DNA from: a virus
Taxonomy: Duplodnaviria > Caudoviricetes
Strand: one strand, 5' to 3'
Virus record (IMG/VR): IMGVR_UViG_3300015050_000538
Span: 1-42,707 of that record
DNA length: 42,707 bases
Position 1 is the stretch's first letter; the number at the start of each line of letters is the position of its first letter. Under the pieces are notes generated by a model. The model saw only the letters and a list, made by a program, of their open reading frames with translations, was not told where the DNA came from and made no database searches. Of the stretch, positions 26,928 through 36,217 are shown in pieces. Both the position numbers and the translations under genes were made by a program.

Positions 26928-28868
26928 ATGTCTCTCGAAACTCTTTCCGCTCGCATCGTTGAGCATAACGAACAGCGCAATTCTATTGTCGCTAAGCTCC
27001 TTGCTTCTAAGCGTTCGGCTAATTCTTTCCATAAGGAAGAACTGGCTGGCCTGACAGAAGCACAGCAGCTTGCAGCTTTTGAATCCTCTATCGAACAGGA
27101 GCTAGAAGATCGTGCAGCGGATAAAATCGCTCGGCATGTAGAAGCTGCAAGCACTGGCCCTAAAAGCTTTCTCGAAAAGCTCCGCCTTCGTAAAGAAGCA
27201 GAAGCTCTCGCAGCAGAGGAAATGGCCCCAGAACCTGAGCCTGAGCGCACAGAACTGTCTAAAGGCATCCAAGAATCCTTCTCTCTAAACATTGTCCTTA
27301 ATGAGAAGCAGCTTGTAGCTAAGGACTTTGCATTCCAAGGCAAGAGCTTCTGTCTTATTGGACCAGCAGGGACAGGTAAGACTACAGCGCAGCGTGCAGT
27401 AGCTGGTGCTTTGCTAGAAGATGGCCGCCTTGAACTCAGTTCGTATAAATATACGGATATTGCCACTGGCTTTTCTAGTATGAAGGAAGCACCTTCTATT
27501 GCCTTCGTAGCCTATACCCGTAGGGCTGCTAGCAATATGCGCAAGGCTATTCATAAGGACCCGATCCTTGCTGAGAAGCTGAAGTTCAACATCATGACCA
27601 TTCATGCTCTACTAGAGTATCGGCCAGAAACCTACTGGGATTCTATGGAAATGAAAGAGAAGTTCCGCTTTGCTCCTACGCGCAATGCTGAGAATCCTCT
27701 GACCATTACCCACCTTGTGATCGAAGAAGCTTCTATGCTTGGACTTGATCTGTGGGACAAGCTCTACGATGCATTGCCTTATGATGTGCAGATCATCTTC
27801 GTAGGTGACATCAACCAGCTTCCACCAGTGTTCGGTCCTTCTATCCTGAACTATGCACTGACTCAGCTGCCTATCGTAGAACTCACAGAAGTTTACAGGA
27901 ACCAAGGTATTGTGCTTGAGAATGCTCATAACATTCTTAATGGCCGCAAGCTCTTAGAAGATAAGGACTTCCACATTGTGCGCGGTAAGAATCCTACGCA
28001 GCTTGGTCAAGGTAAGATGTGCAGCGTAGTTACTAACATGCTCAAAGTCCTCTCTTCTACCATTGGAGATGATGGTCTGCCAGAGTATGATGTAGAGAAT
28101 GACATGATTCTGTCCCCATTCAATAAACAGGGGGGACGTGGGGAGAAGTCTGATCTTCACCTTGGAACTAATGCTATGAATAAGTGGATTGCACAGTTCG
28201 TAGGAGAGAGGCGTGGTGCTATTGTTCATGAGATTATCGCAGGCTTCAATAAGCTTTACCTTGCAGAGGGTGATAAGGTCATGTTCAACAAAAGGGATGG
28301 CGTTATTAAAAGCATCAATAGGAACCTACAATATCATGGCAAAGAGCCGCAGCTTCCGGGTAAAGACCTTAGCCGTTTCGGCACTCGGCTACTTGGGGTG
28401 GATTCTGATCTTGATTTCGACGATATGGCCGGTGAGCTTGATTATTCTAACTTTTCTCTAGAAGCCCTAGAGGATGAGAAAGGAGAACGCAAACAGCAAG
28501 CTTCTCACTCCGTAGTTATCGACTATGGTGATGGCATGGAAGAAGAAGTTACAGCAGCAGGAGATTTCTCCGAGGCTTCTTTTACCCTAGGCTATTGCCT
28601 TACTGTTCACAAAGCACAGGGCTCTGAGTGGCGCAAGGTCTTTATCTTGCTTCACAAAGATCATGCCATCATGTTGTTCCGTGAATTGTTCTACACAGCA
28701 GAGACAAGGGCCAGAACTAAGGTCACTATCATTGCCAAGGACTACATTATCGATCAGGCTATTTCCAACCAAAGGATCAAAGGTAGCAGCCTGAAGGATA
28801 AACTTGCTTTCTTCAATTCTGGTATCAATGATACTGTTTCTGTAACATGCACTAAGCCTTCGGCTTAA
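26928..28868 (+). CDS. SF1B helicase, RecD/Dda-like, 646 aa
   Basis: GPAGTGKTT, TIHALLEY, IEEASM, GDINQLPPV, LTEVYRN, YCLTVHKAQGSEW and FYTAETRA motifs. Confidence 0.92.
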   Translation: MSLETLSARIVEHNEQRNSIVAKLLASKRSANSFHKEELAGLTEAQQLAAFESSIEQELEDRAADKIARHVEAASTGPKSFLEKLRLRKEAEALAAEEMAPEPEPERTELSKGIQESFSLNIVLNEKQLVAKDFAFQGKSFCLIGPAGTGKTTAQRAVAGALLEDGRLELSSYKYTDIATGFSSMKEAPSIAFVAYTRRAASNMRKAIHKDPILAEKLKFNIMTIHALLEYRPETYWDSMEMKEKFRFAPTRNAENPLTITHLVIEEASMLGLDLWDKLYDALPYDVQIIFVGDINQLPPVFGPSILNYALTQLPIVELTEVYRNQGIVLENAHNILNGRKLLEDKDFHIVRGKNPTQLGQGKMCSVVTNMLKVLSSTIGDDGLPEYDVENDMILSPFNKQGGRGEKSDLHLGTNAMNKWIAQFVGERRGAIVHEIIAGFNKLYLAEGDKVMFNKRDGVIKSINRNLQYHGKEPQLPGKDLSRFGTRLLGVDSDLDFDDMAGELDYSNFSLEALEDEKGERKQQASHSVVIDYGDGMEEEVTAAGDFSEASFTLGYCLTVHKAQGSEWRKVFILLHKDHAIMLFRELFYTAETRARTKVTIIAKDYIIDQAISNQRIKGSSLKDKLAFFNSGINDTVSVTCTKPSA

Positions 28869-28878
28869 GGAGAAAAGA

Positions 28879-29115
28879 ATGATTCTCAAAACCCTGCAAG
28901 GCTACAGCCTAAAAACTGTAGTGAAGAACTGGCCTAGCTTAGTCCCTAACGCAGTCTTTACTGAGCCACTTGATTATGTAAACAAAGAAGATTGGGAGAA
29001 ATTAGCATACCAACGTGATGCATATGGCACAGCAGAAGGTATGCTTTATGGACTCAGCGTAGACGAGCAACTTATGCTCATGGAATTTATCATCCTCTCA
29101 GAACAGGAGAACTAA
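28879..29115 (+). CDS. Hypothetical protein, 78 aa
   Basis: AAGGAG RBS. Confidence 0.7.
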   Translation: MILKTLQGYSLKTVVKNWPSLVPNAVFTEPLDYVNKEDWEKLAYQRDAYGTAEGMLYGLSVDEQLMLMEFIILSEQEN

Positions 29116-29116
29116 G

Positions 29117-29632
29117 ATGTCTGACTACCTCACACCGCGCCAAGTAGAAGTCTATGAGCGACTCATTAAGAAGCTTCTTCAGCAGCCTAACAAAGAATGG
29201 CCTGATCGTACAGACTTCAGTGAGTCTGAGTGGGAGATCATGTCTGCATTAGAAGTAGAAGCTAATCAGTTTATGAACACTTCTAGTTGGATGGCTTCTC
29301 ACGTCCGTGAGCTTATTCAAAAATCAAATAACATGATGCAAGTTAATGCGGTAGAAACAAGCCCCGGCCTTGAGCAGCAATGCACTATGGACAAGTCTAT
29401 TGCTACTGTCTATGCTCTTGTCAACAAGCTAGCTGCTACAGACTCTCTCTATTCTATCCTCCTTAAAATCTACGATCACCCTGACATTGCTTGTCGTGGC
29501 CATGAGAATCTCTGGATGATGGACATTCACATTGGCAATGCTATGCGCAACTATGCTGCTAACGAACGAGCTAACATCGTTGCATTCCTCAAAGGTTTTC
29601 CCCAACAATCGGAGCCCGGTAATGACTTCTAA
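29117..29632 (+). CDS. Hypothetical protein, 171 aa
   Basis: AGGAG RBS. Confidence 0.75.
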   Translation: MSDYLTPRQVEVYERLIKKLLQQPNKEWPDRTDFSESEWEIMSALEVEANQFMNTSSWMASHVRELIQKSNNMMQVNAVETSPGLEQQCTMDKSIATVYALVNKLAATDSLYSILLKIYDHPDIACRGHENLWMMDIHIGNAMRNYAANERANIVAFLKGFPQQSEPGNDF

Positions 29633-29828
29633 ACTGCTTGCATTAGCTGCTCTTGCAGCACTAGCTAACGTAAGAATTCAAGAAGGCGAGGTTATGCCAC
29701 TGCGTAGAGAATCTTTAATCGAAGGTCCTAAGTTTGGCTATGATCCAGTTAGGACCGCTCAGTACAAATCTGATAAACCTAAGGTACGCAGTAGTTCTTT
29801 CAAACGTAACAAAAGGAAAAGCAAATGA
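29622..29828 (+). CDS. Hypothetical protein, 68 aa (MTSKLLALAALAALA..., basic C-terminus)
   Basis: GGAG RBS; hydrophobic N-terminus. Confidence 0.6.
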   Translation: MTSKLLALAALAALANVRIQEGEVMPLRRESLIEGPKFGYDPVRTAQYKSDKPKVRSSSFKRNKRKSK

Positions 29829-29989
29829 CTTCTAAACTCAAGCCCCATGAAACATTTTCTGTTATCTCTAATGCTGGCCTTGTGCCGCAGAAGCAGCAGA
29901 CCTATACCCCAGGATTTAAGAACGATAAGAAGGTATCTATGCGCCTTGCTATCGAAGCTCGTAAACAAGAATGCAAGAGGAAGCAATGA
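29825..29989 (+). CDS. Hypothetical basic protein, 54 aa (MTSKLKPHETF...), not in the ORF track
   Basis: Read by hand; AAGGA RBS and ATGA overlaps at both ends. Confidence 0.6.
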   Translation: MTSKLKPHETFSVISNAGLVPQKQQTYTPGFKNDKKVSMRLAIEARKQECKRKQ

Positions 29990-30180
29990 ATGACAATAAG
30001 AGTGAGTATGTACGTTATCTACTCATAGGTAGGAATGGTAACAAGATACTGTCTGAAGCTGCCCTCATATTCTATCATTCAGAAGTTCCTGTATCCGACG
30101 CTATGATCTACATGAATATACTAGAAACTAAGGTAGCTAAGGTTGCGCCAAAGTTTACATTAAAAAGGAAAACATCATGA
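29986..30180 (+). CDS. Hypothetical protein, 64 aa
   Basis: GAGG RBS, ATGA overlap. Confidence 0.6.
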   Translation: MNDNKSEYVRYLLIGRNGNKILSEAALIFYHSEVPVSDAMIYMNILETKVAKVAPKFTLKRKTS

Positions 30181-30386
30181 GAGTCTTTACCTGTAATAAC
30201 TTCATCGGTCATAATCCCGTTGGCACTGCTGCTGTTGTCGTAGCTGATGATGTGCACGTAGCTAGGCAAATGCTTGTAGAACATTTACAGGCTATTGGCT
30301 TACCTCAGGGTACTCATAAGCTAGAGCTTACTCAAGTACGTACTGCTAAACCTACAACTGTTATTCTTACTAACGGGAACTACTAA
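30177..30386 (+). CDS. Hypothetical protein, 69 aa
   Basis: AAGGA RBS, ATGA overlap. Confidence 0.7.
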   Translation: MRVFTCNNFIGHNPVGTAAVVVADDVHVARQMLVEHLQAIGLPQGTHKLELTQVRTAKPTTVILTNGNY

Positions 30387-30387
30387 C

Positions 30388-30606
30388 ATGACCGCACTTA
30401 AAATTGCTGAGCAAGTAAACATGAGCCTTGTATTCTCTCCTTTCAAAGGTGCATGGGTTCTTATCACCACACTTCCTAATGAGCCAGCAGTAGAGGACGT
30501 TCTCACTATTGCACAGGCTGAATACTGGAAGAAAGCAGGAGTTCCTAACATGACTTCTGATGCGCACATGAAGATGATCCCCTCAATGCTGGATATTTTT
30601 TATTAA
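30388..30606 (+). CDS. Hypothetical protein, 72 aa
   Basis: Starts 1 nt after the previous stop. Confidence 0.6.
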   Translation: MTALKIAEQVNMSLVFSPFKGAWVLITTLPNEPAVEDVLTIAQAEYWKKAGVPNMTSDAHMKMIPSMLDIFY

Positions 30607-30613
30607 GGAGAAC

Positions 30614-30793
30614 ATGATGCTTGATGTTTTTGGTTTTATTGTTATTTGTTCTTTAGTAGGCTCGATGGGATACATTGGAGGCCGAGATGATGGTAAGAAA
30701 GAGGGTATGGAGATGCTGCATGCTCAAAAATATTCTTGCCAGACACTTCCGGATAAGACCATTCACTGCTGGGAAAACAAGGAGAATAAATAA
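30614..30793 (+). CDS. Small membrane-anchored protein, 59 aa (MMLDVFGFIVICSLVGSMGYIGG...), not in the ORF track
   Basis: Read by hand; AAGGAG RBS, N-terminal TM segment, C-terminal Cys pair. Confidence 0.65.
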   Translation: MMLDVFGFIVICSLVGSMGYIGGRDDGKKEGMEMLHAQKYSCQTLPDKTIHCWENKENK

Positions 30794-31200
30794 TGTTTCG
30801 TTCAGGTAAATACAGACACTTCCAAGATCCCAGAAATTGGCCTAATGAAAAGCTCAGAGAACTGTACAAGCAATCTGGTACAGACAAGGGCATGAAGATT
30901 GCTATTACCCGTGAGCTTAATGCTAGAGCTGGTAAGACTCCACTACACTCCCCGCAATCTAAGAGGCAACGAGCAATGCAATGGGCCATGATGAATGCTA
31001 ACAATAGCGTAGGTATTCTTCAGCGTGAAATCTATACTCTGTCTGACCTGTCTAAGTATGTTTCTTGTGCAGAAAAGCGTAAGATCAATGAGCATATTAT
31101 CCATGTCGAAGCTGCTATAGCTGCCTTGCAATTAGCTATCATTCGCAGCAAGAGGTTGTTTCCATCCAAGAAGTCCTTGAAGGAGAAAGAGAATGCGTGA
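30793..31200 (+). CDS. Hypothetical basic protein, 135 aa
   Basis: AAGGAG RBS, TAATG overlap. Confidence 0.7.
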   Translation: MFRSGKYRHFQDPRNWPNEKLRELYKQSGTDKGMKIAITRELNARAGKTPLHSPQSKRQRAMQWAMMNANNSVGILQREIYTLSDLSKYVSCAEKRKINEHIIHVEAAIAALQLAIIRSKRLFPSKKSLKEKENA

Positions 31201-31543
31201 CATTGATGATGATCCCATTGGTCCTAAGCCACTCACTCCCGGTATCTGGATTGCATTAGGTACTATCTCCTGGGATTCTTCTCGTATTGTTTGCAAGGAG
31301 CTATTCGATATAGACCATCAAGACCATAGCCGTCGTGCTTCTTCTCTCCCTCTTACCCTCTGCATTGTAGAGATTTGTTATGCACAAAGACAAAGTCTTG
31401 GCTTTGAGACTGCTGGCACTAGCAGCCATTTGTATTCTGCTATGGCTAGAATAGAACTGATCTGCAACTACTACACTATCGAAGAGCAAGAGGCTATTTA
31501 CAGGCACCTAGCTACTAGAAAAAAATCTCGATCACCCGGTTGA
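31193..31543 (+). CDS. Hypothetical protein, 116 aa
   Basis: AAGGAG RBS. Confidence 0.65.
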   Translation: MRDIDDDPIGPKPLTPGIWIALGTISWDSSRIVCKELFDIDHQDHSRRASSLPLTLCIVEICYAQRQSLGFETAGTSSHLYSAMARIELICNYYTIEEQEAIYRHLATRKKSRSPG

Positions 31544-31568
31544 CAAGTCAATCGATCACTGTTATACT
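31540..31568 (+). promoter_or_regulatory. Near-consensus sigma70 promoter for the middle/replication operon
   Basis: TTGACA (31540-31545), 17-nt spacer ending in TGn, TATACT (31563-31568). Confidence 0.88.
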
Positions 31569-31588
31569 TTCATATTCTGGAGTTACAA

Positions 31589-31834
31589 ATGCAACTTATT
31601 AAATCTTGGCTTGCCTTATTCAAGTCTCCTACTATCGAAGATGACGCAGAAGCTCAGGCTGCTCGTGCATCAGAAGATATTGCACAGTCCAATGCTACTA
31701 TCAAGCGGGCTGAGTATATCCGGCACATGGCAGAGTGGAAGCTTAAGGCAGTAGCTGCTTGGGCCACTTCTCAAGAACGCTCTGAGCGTGCATCTTCTTT
31801 CCTTGCTCGTGCTAATGGAGATAAAAATGGCTAA
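31589..31834 (+). CDS. Hypothetical protein, 81 aa
   Basis: GGAG RBS; first gene after the promoter. Confidence 0.7.
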   Translation: MQLIKSWLALFKSPTIEDDAEAQAARASEDIAQSNATIKRAEYIRHMAEWKLKAVAAWATSQERSERASSFLARANGDKNG

Positions 31835-32177
31835 TGAAATGCCTATTGATTTTGTCGATGACGACCCAGATGATAATGAATATTCTTATCGTCGTGTCCT
31901 CGATCTGCTGATGGAAAAGAAGGAGCTTATCCTTACCATCGAAGAGCCTTCAGCTAAGCCACTTAAAAGGAATCTTACTGCTCTTAAAAGCAGGGATGCT
32001 GCTAAGCTCAAAGGTGCTGGCCTCGAAGTTGGTGATGAGGTTCTAGGCTACACTGCTTATCCTACTAAGGAAGGCGATGAAGGCCACGGACCTAACATGA
32101 TTAAGCTCCACATTACTTACGGCCCACGTAAGACTGTGAAGATTCATAAGTTGGAGGTACCTGATAATGAGTTCTAA
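31827..32177 (+). CDS. Hypothetical protein, 116 aa (starts MANEMP)
   Basis: GGAG RBS. Confidence 0.7.
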   Translation: MANEMPIDFVDDDPDDNEYSYRRVLDLLMEKKELILTIEEPSAKPLKRNLTALKSRDAAKLKGAGLEVGDEVLGYTAYPTKEGDEGHGPNMIKLHITYGPRKTVKIHKLEVPDNEF

Positions 32178-32412
32178 GAAGCCCGGTCGCAAGGGTATTC
32201 CTTACAGCATGGATGCTGACATGGTACGCACTCACATAAGAGAGAAGATTGAAATTATGGGCGTCTCTATGCGGGAGTACGCTGATATGTGCGGCTACGA
32301 TCATACACATCTTTCTAGGGTCTTGAATGGTCATAAGGAACCTGGGTCTAAGATCTTAGCTGCTGAGGGAATGCACGCTGTTGTTTACTATGAATACAAA
32401 GAGGATGAGTAA
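32167..32412 (+). CDS. XRE/Cro-family helix-turn-helix regulator, 81 aa
   Basis: SMREYADMCGYDHTHLSRVLNGHKEPG matches the XRE HTH pattern; GGAGG RBS. Confidence 0.8.
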   Translation: MSSKKPGRKGIPYSMDADMVRTHIREKIEIMGVSMREYADMCGYDHTHLSRVLNGHKEPGSKILAAEGMHAVVYYEYKEDE

Positions 32413-32414
32413 TT

Positions 32415-32627
32415 ATGGCAAACTCTGAACTTTCCGCTATTGACCAAATGGCTGCTGATAAACAGAAGATCAAAGACCTATTCAATGCAGCTGATTATCT
32501 CAGTGCATGGGAGACTGGCTTTCTTCGCAGCATCCAAGGCCGGCTTGATCGTGCTTATCCTCTTTCAGAGAAGCAACGTGATTGTCTTGATAAGATGGTA
32601 GCTAAGGCTGCTGAAAGGTTTGACTGA
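32415..32627 (+). CDS. Hypothetical protein, 70 aa
   Basis: LSAWETGFLRSI...LSEKQ pattern seen in small phage helical domains. Confidence 0.7.
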   Translation: MANSELSAIDQMAADKQKIKDLFNAADYLSAWETGFLRSIQGRLDRAYPLSEKQRDCLDKMVAKAAERFD

Positions 32628-32803
32628 TGTACACACTCATTCTTCTGATCTACGTGGGTATGCTCTCCGATAAAGATAGCGTAGCTATTACAAGCATCCC
32701 GTTCCCTAACCAACAACTCTGCGAACAGGCAGGACAAGCTAGTAAGAAGCTAGTGCAGGGCACAACCAAAGCTCAGTCCTATGTTTGCGTTAAGTCTAAC
32801 TAA
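32627..32803 (+). CDS. Small secreted or membrane protein, 58 aa (MYTLILLIYVG...C...CV), not in the ORF track
   Basis: Read by hand; TGATG overlap, hydrophobic N-terminus, two Cys. Confidence 0.65.
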   Translation: MYTLILLIYVGMLSDKDSVAITSIPFPNQQLCEQAGQASKKLVQGTTKAQSYVCVKSN

Positions 32804-32814
32804 TAGGAAAGATC

Positions 32815-33441
32815 ATGGGACTTAAAGAAATCCTAGCAGCTAAGAAGGCTGCCGCACTTGCAGAAGAGGCTGCTAAAACCACCACGAAAGCAGAAGATGC
32901 GCCCAACAATCCTGACAGCCCTGTTGTCGAATCCCCGGTACTGGCCCCGCCCGTATCTGCCTTGGACTACGAGCCCGAAACTCCGGCAGCTACTAACCTA
33001 CCTGACAAGGTTCTGACCTTTGCTGAGAAGATGGCTCTTAAGAAGTCTGGTGTTGTTGCAGCTCAGGCTGTGCCTCAAGCACCTGCTAAGCAGCTCGGTC
33101 CAGTAGAAATTGACCCGGCTCTTATTCCTGAGAACCCAGAGGATGCACAGGCTTACGTAGACATTAAGACTAAGATTCATAATCTCGAAGCGATGTTCGA
33201 TGATGATCTTAAGAACGCAATGTCTGAGCTTAAGCAGGCTCTTAAGAAGAACCCTAATGCTACTGACCTCATGCTAGATGCTGATGTTGGCAAGATGGTT
33301 ACTGCTCTTCGGCGCATGACTCATGTGGCTCAGGTCGAAGCTACTACCAAGACCAAAGCTGGTAAGACTAAGACTGCTGTTAAGGTTAAGGATGTGCCTC
33401 TGACTAAAGAGCAAATCGAAGCAGCCTTCGACGAACTCTAA
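32815..33441 (+). CDS. Hypothetical protein, 208 aa, with disordered N-terminus and helical core
   Basis: AGGA RBS; strong codon bias. Confidence 0.8.
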   Translation: MGLKEILAAKKAAALAEEAAKTTTKAEDAPNNPDSPVVESPVLAPPVSALDYEPETPAATNLPDKVLTFAEKMALKKSGVVAAQAVPQAPAKQLGPVEIDPALIPENPEDAQAYVDIKTKIHNLEAMFDDDLKNAMSELKQALKKNPNATDLMLDADVGKMVTALRRMTHVAQVEATTKTKAGKTKTAVKVKDVPLTKEQIEAAFDEL

Positions 33442-33471
33442 AATAAAAGCAATTAGAAAGAAGGAATCACC

Positions 33472-33654
33472 ATGATTAAACACATCTGTCATTATCGGGA
33501 AGCTGCTGATTCTCCCCAGTGGGATGAAGAATTTGATGACAAGTCTGCTGCTGATAAGAAAGCTCTAGAAGTTTTTCTTAACGGTGGCATTGCTATTGTC
33601 ATTGAAGTAGAAGTTCCCGACTCCATTCAACTGTCCGTTCCAACGAAAGACTAA
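33472..33654 (+). CDS. Hypothetical protein, 60 aa
   Basis: AAGGA RBS. Confidence 0.6.
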   Translation: MIKHICHYREAADSPQWDEEFDDKSAADKKALEVFLNGGIAIVIEVEVPDSIQLSVPTKD

Positions 33655-33658
33655 GATC

Positions 33659-34171
33659 ATGACTGCACCTTTTAAGAAGTCTCCTAAGCCTGCTAAGCAG
33701 ATGCTCTCTAATGAGCAGACTATTTCGATGTTTGCTAACTGGGTTATGATGAACCCTTACGAGGACTATTCTCCTGTTCTTACAGCTATCAGCTCTGTAT
33801 ATGAGAAGGGCTTGATGGAATACAAAGCTATGGAGCCAGTAGCTGCTAAGGTTCCCATGCTGCATAAAGCACAAGAGCTTGTCCAAGGTGCTCGTCAATC
33901 AGACTACGGTGACAAGCTCCAGAACTTCACGCAGATTGCTATGCTGTTCCAAGGTGTTCTTGCTATGAAGCTCCAAGCTCAGGCTCGTATCACTCCAGAA
34001 GATGTTGCGATGCTCATGATGCAAGTCAAGCTGGCCCGTCTGGCTAAGTCCCCTGACCACTTTGATTCCATTATGGATGTGGCTGGATATGCTGCTTGCT
34101 TCTCGATGCTGCAAGATGAACGCGCTGCTGGCAAAGCTCTGCCGGGTGCATTGGTAGATCCTCGTGGCTGA
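33659..34171 (+). CDS. DUF6378-like domain protein (putative nucleotide-metabolism helical fold), 170 aa
   Basis: AQELVQGARQSDYG...NFTQIA...TPEDVAMLMMQVKLAR...HFDSIMDVAGYA. Confidence 0.75.
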   Translation: MTAPFKKSPKPAKQMLSNEQTISMFANWVMMNPYEDYSPVLTAISSVYEKGLMEYKAMEPVAAKVPMLHKAQELVQGARQSDYGDKLQNFTQIAMLFQGVLAMKLQAQARITPEDVAMLMMQVKLARLAKSPDHFDSIMDVAGYAACFSMLQDERAAGKALPGALVDPRG

Positions 34172-35060
34172 TAAGTTCGTACCGATTAGACTCTCCCACT
34201 CCACCTTAGAAGTCTTTGACCGCTGCGAGAGGCTCTTCCAATTGGAGAAGCTTCTGGTCACAGATTCTGTGCGTGATGAGAGTGCTGATCTTTCGCTTGG
34301 CACCGCATTCGGTGTGGGAGTAGCAGACTATCTAGTTTATCAAGACCAGCAGCAGGCCCTCTACCGGGCTTGGCTATCATACTGGCCTGAGATAGAGACT
34401 GATAAGAAGTCTATTCCCCACCTGACTGCGCTTCTAAACAAGTCCTTCCCATACTTGGACACGATGTTACGCGATTACGAGGTGCTACACTTCAATGGCA
34501 AACCTGCTGTAGAACTTAGCTTCCGTGTTAATATCAATTCCCATTATTACTACGTAGGTTACATGGACGTTGTTCTTAGGAACAGACATGATGGCACTGC
34601 GGTTGTAGTAGATGCTAAGAGTACAGCACTTCAGCTGCTTGATCTTTCTCCAGTCTATCAAAATTCTGGGCAGGGCTTGAGCTACTCCATTGTCCTTGAC
34701 CGGATTCTCGGAGAGAAGCTAAGCAACTATGCTGTAGGCTATTTCGTAGGGCAGCTAGGTAAGGATTTCAAGATTGAGATTAAGCCGCTGATCTTTTCTA
34801 AGACTCTGCTCGACCGTCTTAACTGGTTCATCCAGCTAGGCATGGACATTAAGAGACTAGAGTTTGCCGAAGAGATGGGCTTCTATCCAAGACGCGGTGG
34901 CTCTTGCCTAAAGTATAACCGCCCATGTAAGCATTTCGGTACTTGCACGCTGTCTGCTATGGACATTCCTAGAAACAGAGAGGAAGATATTATCGAGTAC
35001 GACTTTGTATTTGACCTCGAAGAACTTATTGATGACCACATCTCTCGTATCAACTCATAG
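34164..35060 (+). CDS. PD-(D/E)XK exonuclease, Cas4/AddB-like with probable Fe-S cysteines, 298 aa
   Basis: LSHS...C N-terminus, GYMD...VVVDAKS, Q..SY, and C-terminal C-x6-C-x5-C. Confidence 0.8.
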   Translation: MADKFVPIRLSHSTLEVFDRCERLFQLEKLLVTDSVRDESADLSLGTAFGVGVADYLVYQDQQQALYRAWLSYWPEIETDKKSIPHLTALLNKSFPYLDTMLRDYEVLHFNGKPAVELSFRVNINSHYYYVGYMDVVLRNRHDGTAVVVDAKSTALQLLDLSPVYQNSGQGLSYSIVLDRILGEKLSNYAVGYFVGQLGKDFKIEIKPLIFSKTLLDRLNWFIQLGMDIKRLEFAEEMGFYPRRGGSCLKYNRPCKHFGTCTLSAMDIPRNREEDIIEYDFVFDLEELIDDHISRINS

Positions 35061-35074
35061 AAAGGCAACGCCTT

Positions 35075-35305
35075 GTGGCAATTAAACTAATGACCACTGT
35101 AGAAGATGGCCTCGGTACAGTCGGCAAGTCTGTAGTAGCTGACACTGCTGAGGACTATGCCATTCTACAGACTATCTTCCAGCGTGCAGGTAATCTGTGG
35201 CCTGACGCTCCGCCTGCTGCAAAGCAGATTATCGATCTCGTAACCAATGGCAAGGTCATGCAAGACTATCGCCACGAAAGGAATAGTAATGGCACGAAAG
35301 TTTAA
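35075..35305 (+). CDS. Hypothetical protein, 76 aa
   Basis: GTG start with AAGG RBS. Confidence 0.6.
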   Translation: MAIKLMTTVEDGLGTVGKSVVADTAEDYAILQTIFQRAGNLWPDAPPAAKQIIDLVTNGKVMQDYRHERNSNGTKV

Positions 35306-35828
35306 TTTTGAGTTGGCAATCCTTGGCATGAACGCCATGTATAACCTTCCGATTGCACAGTACCCCTCAACTAAAGTTGAGATTACTTGGCAGATGCAGC
35401 ACTTTCCTAACAATGCCCCTAATCCGCGGGAGTACATTGTTAAGCGTCTTATTGATTTCTTTGCTGCGCCTAAGAGTATCCTTGCTGATGAGCTTAGTGA
35501 GCATGCAGAACTTGTAGAATTGATTCGATTTAAAGAAGATGAGATGGACTTTCTCGTGGGTCTTGCTGATCTTCTCGGAGACATTCAAGTCTACTGTGCT
35601 TCTGAGATGGCTCGCTTTGGTATCCCTAACGAGGAAGTTCTCAAGATCATTATGGAGTCCAACGAGAGCAAGCTCGGTGCAGATGGTAAGCCTATCTATA
35701 ATGAGCAGGGTAAATTCATGAAGGGACCTAACTACTGGAAGCCCGAGCCTAAGATTCGTGAGCTTCTCGTTAGTCTTTTGCCTGAGAATTCTCCTAGGTT
35801 CAATGATGAAGACCCTGCTCCTAATTAG
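35289..35828 (+). CDS. MazG-like/PRA-PH-family NTP pyrophosphohydrolase, 179 aa
   Basis: DELSE...LADLLGDIQVY...IMESNESKLGADGKPIYNEQGKFMKGPNYWKPE; start placed at MARKFNF after AAGGA. Confidence 0.85.
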   Translation: MARKFNFELAILGMNAMYNLPIAQYPSTKVEITWQMQHFPNNAPNPREYIVKRLIDFFAAPKSILADELSEHAELVELIRFKEDEMDFLVGLADLLGDIQVYCASEMARFGIPNEEVLKIIMESNESKLGADGKPIYNEQGKFMKGPNYWKPEPKIRELLVSLLPENSPRFNDEDPAPN

Positions 35829-35896
35829 TATTCTGCTGTTAGCAGGCTGTGGTGGTGGGGATTCAGAAGAGCCTATTACTTTTGAGAAAGACCGCT

Positions 35897-36217
35897 ATGA
35901 GCGACATTAAATACAATGATCCCTCCAACCCTGATCCTAACTCTCACTTTGAAGTAGCTATGAGTGAGGTAGTAGATGGCATGATTGCCAGAGAAGGCGA
36001 GGCTTACGCTAAGGCTGTGTGTACTCTCTTTAGTATCATCAATGTAGGAATGCATTCGATGGAATCTAAGATGGTGTCGCACCAAGTAGCACAGACCTAC
36101 TGCCTAATCGATCCAGTTAAGTACCAAATGGAAAAGCTGGAAGCTGATATGAAGATGCTATTCAAGTATCAGAACGAACATATACTAAGGACTACCAATG
36201 GACCTACTTCAACTTAA
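35897..36217 (+). CDS. Hypothetical protein, 106 aa (starts MSDIKY)
   Basis: In line with the operon and overlaps the next start; start uncertain. Confidence 0.6.
   Translation: MSDIKYNDPSNPDPNSHFEVAMSEVVDGMIAREGEAYAKAVCTLFSIINVGMHSMESKMVSHQVAQTYCLIDPVKYQMEKLEADMKMLFKYQNEHILRTTNGPTST

Noticed and set aside
26885-27466. 193-aa minus-strand ORF and similar antisense ORFs across the right half
   Set aside because: Antisense shadows of motif-supported plus-strand genes
29620-32177. Further acidic-Phe C-termini (PGNDF at 29632, PDNEF at 32177) as SSB-tail mimics
   Set aside because: Both follow from overlap with the next gene start (AATG-ACT/AGT-TCT-AA), so they are not independent evidence
32167-32412. 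HTH protein as an immunity repressor implying a temperate lifestyle
   Set aside because: No integrase, partition system or divergent cI/cro arrangement is recognisable
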